Shown here in pieces: positions 57,286-64,000 of a stretch of DNA of 64,000 nt (the stretch's first letter is position 1; every line of letters begins with the position of its first letter). The stretch is from Octopus vulgaris (Eukaryota). A program made the position numbers and the translations under genes. The stretch spans positions 75,268,001 to 75,332,000 of the forward strand of contig OX597819.1 in the NCBI GenBank assembly GCA_951406725.2, read 5' to 3'. The notes under the pieces were generated by a model. That model did not search any database, was not told where the DNA came from, and saw only the letters and a program-made list of their open reading frames with translations.

Positions 57286-57483
57286 CCATATATATATATA
57301 TATATATATATAAAACTCCAAGAAAGTTAGAGGTTATGAATCCAACCGACTAAGGGATAATATCTATTCAATATACTGCTGGTAGAATTATTAATACACA
57401 AGTGTTTTTATTGCATTGCAATTACATAACCTAGTGTACTAAATGGGTGAAAGTAAAGAAATATTTTACCATAATTTATAATA

Positions 57484-57748
57484 CAATAAGAAAATGGAGG
57501 GGATCAATAAGTGGTTCATCAACTTTTAGACATTATATTATGTTAACTTATTTATTTATTTACTAAACTGACAAATAGAAGAATGTACATACATGTATAA
57601 CATATTATGCTTTACATCTGAAATATATTAATATATTAATATATAAGTATATAAGGATACCAGTAATTATTACAAAATAACTAAGTTAACATAATACAAT
57701 GTCTAAAAGTTGATGAACCACCTATTGATCCCCTCCATTTTCTTATTG
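57484..57748. repeat. Inverted repeat, 67-bp arms, within a (TA)n-flanked unit
   Basis: 57484-57550 versus reverse complement of 57682-57748, 2 mismatches. Confidence 0.9.
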
Positions 57749-57847
57749 CTATATATATATATATATATATATAATCCACCAAATATCAAGTTCAGGTAGG
57801 AACAGGTTGGATCAAGGGTAAAGGAATACATGAATGATGATAATTAC

Positions 57848-57982
57848 CTTGACAGTAGTGTGATCCAGATTGGTGTACTGATGATTTGCATATACGACAC
57901 TTCTGAAATGTGTTGTAGGGGCTGTATCTGTTCTTTTTTGATGTTAGCGCTTTGTTTTCATTGATTATACGTCCTCCACCTT
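57848..57982 (-). CDS. CRIPT: CRIPT (cysteine-rich PDZ-binding protein) internal exon
   Basis: Minus strand acag|AA GGT...CAA G|gtaatt; GGGRIINENKALTSKKNRYSPYNTFQKCRICKSSVHQSGSHYCQ, matching the CRIPT signature NENKALTSKK...CRICKSSVHQxGSHYCQ. Not in the ORF track. Confidence 0.95.
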
Positions 57983-58199
57983 CTGTTTGTCACAAGAAAT
58001 TCAGATTATCAAACATATATACATGTGTTTATGAGCAGCTTGGTTTGAAAATTTATGGTGCCAATAAAACTAAACAATGCAGACAAATGTCCTTAGGAAC
58101 AATTAAAAATATTACCTGACTGCTAGACAATTATAGAAATGCACAGTTTCTATATGTTTTAAGTTCAAATCATACAAAAGTTGTCTTTGTGTGTGAATG

Positions 58200-58609
58200 T
58201 GTGTGTACATATAGATCGTTAGCTCCTACACGCATTTTTTTCTCTCCTTGTTTTTTTCTGTGTATCTTTCTGTCGAAGAGCATAGGCTCGAAATGTAAAA
58301 GACTTTTTCTATTTCTATTCCTGAGTGCTATACTAATAAATTTGTTTGTTTGTACTTCACCTGCCTTCGTCTTTTGTTTATTTTCGTAAACTTTCCCGTT
58401 ATATATATATATATAGCTACACATAGCCCGTTGGTGATTTCTTCTCCTTCTTTGGACTTTTCCCCTCCTCCTTTCTGACAAAGACTATGTTCAAAACATT
58501 AAACTCTCTCCTTTCACCGAGCGTCAAGCTAATATACTTCTTGTGCATGTCCTCACATTCATTGTTTTTCTTCTTTTCTTTCGTTTTTGATCTGTTTATT
58601 TGAATTGAC

Positions 58610-58610
<1 letters not shown>
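58200..58610 (+). mobile_element. Two tandem Penelope-like pLTR remnants with decayed hammerhead motifs, separated by microsatellite
   Basis: tcttt-CTGTCGA-a-GAGC atag GCTC-GAAA-tgta-aaaga (58265-58302) and ttt-CTGACAA-agactatgttc-AAAA-catta-aa (58472-58503). Confidence 0.55.
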
Positions 58611-58659
<49 letters not shown>

Positions 58660-59981
58660 AATGATGAGAATGAGATATATATATATATATATATATCATT
58701 GACCACACATACTCAATGTATGTGGTTTGCTTGTTTGCAAATTCGCTGTGGCATAGCACTTTGGAGACGACTCCCTCTTAGCACAGGGTGTTAAAACACT
58801 TGAAAGTCATAGACAGGCAAGACAACTTGCCTCCAATCCCATTCAGAAGTGATCAATATTTTGCCATTTTTGTGGTTTGTCAACATCATGTAACTTAATC
58901 AAACCAGGGGTGAACTGAATCACCAGTCTATGTCTATATACAAGTAGTATAAGAACCATTTGCTTGTATGCAACAACACATACATAAGATTAAATTCAAT
59001 TATGAATTAAAAGCTAGTGTTGTAAACATTATCAACTGCACTCACTTAAATGTATTTTTTTGCTTGTTTGCTATGATATAGTCCTTTGGGGATGATTCAC
59101 TCATAGCACTGGATGGTAAAACACTTGAGTCATAGACCGGTGAGACAACTCGCATCCAATCCCAGGTGCAGGCATGGCTGTGCCAAAGAAGCTTTGTTTC
59201 CAACTACATGGTTTCAGGTTCAGTCCCATTGTGTGGCACTTTGGGCAAGTGTCTTCTACTAAATCGAAATCTTGTGAGTGGATTTGGTAGATGGCAACTG
59301 AAAGAAGCTCATCGTGTGGTTTGAAAATTTATGCTGTCAACAAAACTAATCATCACACACAACTGTTCTAGGGAATGGTTAAAAATATTGGTTTCTAATT
59401 TTGGCACAAGGTCAACAATTTTGGGGGTAGGGGTAAGTCGATCACATCAACTCCAGTGCTCAACTGGTACTTATTTTATTGAACCTGAAAGGTTGAAAGG
59501 CAAAGTCGACCTTGGCAGAATTTGAGCTGAGAATGTAAAGACGGACAAAATTTTGCTAAGCATTTTGCCCAGCATGCTAACAAGTTTGAGAGCTCACCAC
59601 CTAGGAACAGTTAAAAATATTACCTATTTGGAAACTACAGAAATGCACAAAGTTATATCACTTTATGTTCTAAGATCAATCCCACCAACACTGAATTTGT
59701 CCTTCATGCTTATAGAGCTGATAAAATAAAGTACCAATCAACTTCTACACCCTTCTTTGCACACTTGAATCAACAGGAGAAATCAATATTATTTATTTCA
59801 CTTCCTACCAAACCTTGAAGCCTCGTTCTTTTGTTAGAAGTCCCATTATTAGAGGCTTTTGAGAAGTGCACTGGCTATAACATTGAGAGGTATAGGAAGG
59901 CTTGAAAATGTCAAATTTTACTAGAGCAAGGCACATAACTCTGCTTGATCCAATTTGCAATAGGTGTGTGTGTACATGCAT

Positions 59982-60062
<81 letters not shown>

Positions 60063-60065
<3 letters not shown>

Positions 60066-61407
60066 GGTGCAGCAGAAGCAGCACCCTTTTGCATTTAATA
60101 AACTTGTATATTATATAAATGTTTATGAAGTAATTTTTATTGAATACAGATTTATTGCATTACTTAAAGAAACGAATAATAAACTAATGAAAAAAATCAC
60201 AGAAGTTTGAGGAAATAAAGATCTCTATAACTGGTTGAAGTCCTTCATTATCGGCCAAAAAGAGGTTGTCACAGTTCTAGGACAGCACTCTTCACCCTAT
60301 GAGATGACATCTGGTATACCACAGGGATCTGTTCTTGGCCCCCTTTTATTTGATGCATATGCTAATGACATAGATGCCAACTTAAAGAATGACACAGTGC
60401 TGAAATATGCAGATGATATCAAGCTGTACCTCGAAATAAATATCCTGTACACTATAGATCTTTATTGCAATCAGGCCTAGACACAATGCAGCAGTGAATC
60501 ATGGATGGACTGGCAACTCAAGCTGGCTGTGGACAAATGTACCACCATGCATTTTGGGAGGAAAAACCCAGTGTCTACTTACTCCCTCCACAACACTAAT
60601 CTCAAAAAGTCTTCTTATGAACGTGACCTGGGCATTATGGTCAACAGCGATTTGCGTTGGGCAAAACACATTGCTAAAATTGCCAAGAAGGCTGAGGGTG
60701 TCTTGGCATCACTCACCAAGTACTTTGTAAGCCGCTCTCCGGCTATCTATCTGAGGCTTTATATAGCTATGATGCGGCCTCACCTGGAATTTGCATCACT
60801 GGTCTGGAACCCCTATCTTGCCTAGGATATTAATTGTCTGGAAACCGTTTAGTGACGTGCAACCAAAAGAATACCCTCCATCAGGCATTTGCCATATTCT
60901 GAACGTCTTACTTCCCTGGGCATGGATACATTGAAACTCCGACGTCTGGCAGCTGACTTGACAGACACCCATAAAATTATTAACCATCTTACTCTGAGCA
61001 CCTTTTCAAACCCCATCTGTCTAACACCCGTGGACATGTTTACAAAGTCAGAAAACAGCACAGCTCCCGTGACTTTCAGAAACATTTTTTCACGCTAAGA
61101 GTTGCTGAAGTATGGAACAAACAGCCAGCATCAGTTGTTAGTTCAAAACTTCCATGCTTCCTGAGATCCGCCAACACTATACCTGATTTTCTCCCCTCCA
61201 TACATACGCAAGCATGTATCTGACTCATACACTGTTCACTTTCCAGACATTTGTACATTACTGCATATGTTTTTTACACACTTTTGACAAGTTGTGGTGC
61301 ACCTGAGCACTATATACAACAATTTCATTATTATTATTATTTAAAAAAAACTCAATTAGAAACGAGAAAACTCAAATACAAAAGGGTATTACTTCAGCCG
61401 CACCCTA
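60063..61407. mobile_element. Short Tc1/mariner-type TIR element (MITE) carrying a nested LINE fragment
   Basis: cagggtgcagcagaagcagcaccctttt versus aaaagggtattacttcagccgcaccct(a): ~28-bp imperfect TIRs, TA on both sides. Confidence 0.75.
60197..61342 (+). mobile_element. 5'-truncated CR1/L2-group LINE, RT C-terminal half plus 3' UTR, pseudogenised
   Basis: SGIPQGSVLGPLLF, YADD, WQLKLAVDKC, RDLGI, RPHLEFA..VWNPY, PYSERL; stops and frameshifts; (ATT)n tail at ~61328-61342. Confidence 0.9.
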
Positions 61408-62979
61408 TATACTTATATATACATACATACTACTACCACTACTAAGCTCACATTCAAATCACATGGTTTCAGATTCAGTCCCAGTGTGAGGCATTCGAGC
61501 AAGTGTCATCTACTAGAACCATGGGCCGATCAAAGTCTTGAGTGGATTTGGTAGACGGAAACTGAAAAAAACTCATTGTGTGTATATATATACATGTATG
61601 TAAAATATTTATTTATTTATAAGTGTGTATAGGTGTATGTTCGTGTCTCCTTGTCTTGTTATCGTGTGAGTTGTAAATGAGTGTCACTGTCATACAAGCC
61701 GTGTCATTCATTTGCAATATTATGCAAAAACATGTCTTGCCACGGGGAATTACTACCTTGGCTGGAAACAGGTGGGGTTGACAACCAGAAAGGTATCCAG
61801 TTGTAGAAAATCTGCCTCAATAAACTCTGTCCGACTCATGCAGGCATGGAATGTGCACATTCAAATGATGATGATAACGGTATACATATGTAAATATCTT
61901 TGTGGTTAATTACATTTTAGTTTGGAATTAGGTACATTATCCAATTAACCTAATACATGACATGTTAGAATCTCCAAATATCTAACGTAAGTGTCAATAG
62001 TAATTTTGCACCACATTATACACTAATACCTCACTTTACAAGACTCCAGGATTATGAGATATATTTTATAATAAATATATAAAGGCTAAACAGCTAAGAT
62101 CCAAATTTTTAACACAGTACAAAAGTTTCTACTACCATAAAAGATGCTTCTGTGTGTTACCAACAAATTTATAGAGAGCGAAAAAAGCTTCTAAGTAAAC
62201 AACTCTTGACCTGTTTTTAAAAAGAAATCTACAAGTTCGTCTACAAGTGCTTGTGAATTGGTGATTGCATCTATGAGTAATGGTGTGCATCAGTCTAGTA
62301 AAGTAAAAGTGATTCAGAAATATGATTATAATAATATTTTTTATAATAAATGATCTTGACATTCTTTTTACTTTACATAAAATATTCTTTACATTCTACT
62401 GTTGTTTTATCGCCATTTATAGTGTTATAAATTTTATAGGTAAAATATTTTTCTGGTAACAAATTACAATTTATAACATTGCTACTCTGGGAAATTATTG
62501 CTCTGCTTTATGAGTTTTCACTTTATAAGCGATCTCTGAGAACAAATTAACTTCTATATCAAGGCATTACTTGTATATCTTTTAATCTTATGCTTGTTTC
62601 AGTCATTAGACTGCAGCCATGCTGGGACCTCCTTGATAAAGCTAAGTCAAATGAATCGACCCCAGTACTATTTTTCTTTTTAAGCCTGGTACTTAATCCA
62701 TAAGTCTCTTTTACCACACTGCTAAGTTACAGTGACACAAACACCAATTGTCAATCGGTGGTAGGGGACAAACACAAAAACACACACATACATACATATA
62801 TACACACATATATACATATTTTTATTCTTTTACATGTTTCAGTCATTTGATTGTGGCCATGCTAGAGCACCACCATTTTAGTTGAAGAAATTAACCCCAG
62901 GACTTATACTGTGAAATTTGATTTAATACTAAATTGAATTTTTCCCTGTAAGTTTGGAGTTATACTCCCTAATATTATC

Positions 62980-62982
<3 letters not shown>

Positions 62983-63021
<39 letters not shown>

Positions 63022-63232
63022 CATTATATATATATATATACATTATATATATATATACACACACACACATATATATATACATACATATACACACATATAT
63101 ATATACATACATATACACACATATATATATACATATACACACATATATATATACATACATATACACACACACATATATATATATACATACATACATAAAT
63201 ATATATACATACATACATATATACATACATAT

Positions 63233-63265
<33 letters not shown>

Positions 63266-63399
63266 CATACATAAATATATATACATACATACATATACAC
63301 ACACACACTATATATATATATATACATGCATATATATATATATACATACATATATACATACATATACACACACACACATATATATATATATATACATAC

Positions 63400-63465
<66 letters not shown>

Positions 63466-63483
63466 TTACATACATATATATAT
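62983..63483. repeat. Compound (TA)n/(CA)n/(TACA)n low-complexity tract
   Basis: Direct read; explains the YIYI/CVCV ORFs. Confidence 0.95.
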
Positions 63484-63873
63484 ACGATATAGTGCATATT
63501 TATACACATAAGGAATCCACTTTACGTGAAATTCAACACATTAGAAAGAACAGCTAGGTTCTGTAAACCACAAAAATAATGGATAAAATTTGACAGGAAT
63601 AAATTTGGAAATGAAAAACATTTACCATCTAGTACCTTGGACCAATTGGTTTCTGATCTTCTTTTAGCGAATCAGGGGGAACTCACAAGGTCTCATCTTC
63701 TTCAGCAAGGTCCAACCTAGGGTACTAGATGGTAAATGTTTTTCATTTTCAAATTTATTCCTGTCGAATTTTATCCATTATTTTTCTGGTTTACAGAACC
63801 TAGCTGTTCTTTCTAATGTGTTGAATTTCATGTAAAGTGGATTCCTTATGTGTATAAATATGCACTATATCGT
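63484..63873. repeat. Long near-perfect inverted repeat (~153-bp arms, 84-nt spacer)
   Basis: 63484-63636 versus reverse complement of 63721-63873, about 5 differences. Confidence 0.93.
63634..63711 (-). ncRNA. Type I hammerhead ribozyme-like motif (Penelope/retrozyme type)
   Basis: Minus strand: stem I ACCTTG, core CTGAAGA, long stem II region closed by GAT/ATC, GAAA, palindromic stem III ACC-AATT-GGT, GTC cleavage triplet, stem I' CAAGGT. An A-A mismatch sits at the base of stem II. Confidence 0.65.
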
Positions 63874-64000
63874 CTGACTAATATATAGTCTTCTTGACTA
63901 ATTTTTTTGCACGTTAGACCACTGGAAATGTAAATTTTGATTGAATATTTAAATTTTAATTAAATTCCATTTCCCTTTGATATGATTAATTACTATAAGT

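Noticed and set aside
62136-62294. Minus-strand exon-like stretch (LMHTITHRCNH...FFALYKFVG) with a loose SH3/C1 look
   Set aside because: Weak donor (GTAGTA), phase 2-2 is incompatible with CRIPT, no partner exons and no recognisable homology.
62954-63511. Several 60-160 aa ORFs (YIYI/CVCV)
   Set aside because: Translations of TA/CA microsatellite, not protein.

Overview
AT-rich, microsatellite- and SINE-laden eukaryotic genomic DNA. The repeat landscape resembles a coleoid cephalopod such as Octopus (inference, not verified). The supplied ORF track is mostly uninformative because both genes are spliced. Plus strand: 28 GT-AG coding exons (11932-41635; 4518 nt, 1505 aa + stop) of clathrin heavy chain, from [12 protein letters not shown] to the C-terminus including QLMLT. 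The first ~173 codons lie upstream of the window, so 1-11931 is part of one unusually long intron. Minus strand, convergent: the last three coding exons of CRIPT (57982-57848, an 18-nt microexon 52423-52406, and 50644-50580 ending in the PDZ ligand QSSV); its 5' exons are not in the window. Transposons include two mariner relics, a TTAA-flanked piggyBac derivative inside a SINE, several non-LTR RT fragments (one nested in a TIR element) and many SINEs. Most interesting signals: (i) a near-canonical type I hammerhead ribozyme in the loop of a ~153-bp inverted repeat on the CRIPT sense strand, plus three decayed hammerhead-like motifs, all next to (TA)n tracts; (ii) candidate unannotated micro/cassette exons in clathrin introns, including a 39-nt in-frame exon with recursive-splice-site architecture. 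All splice and ribozyme calls were read by eye and are untested.
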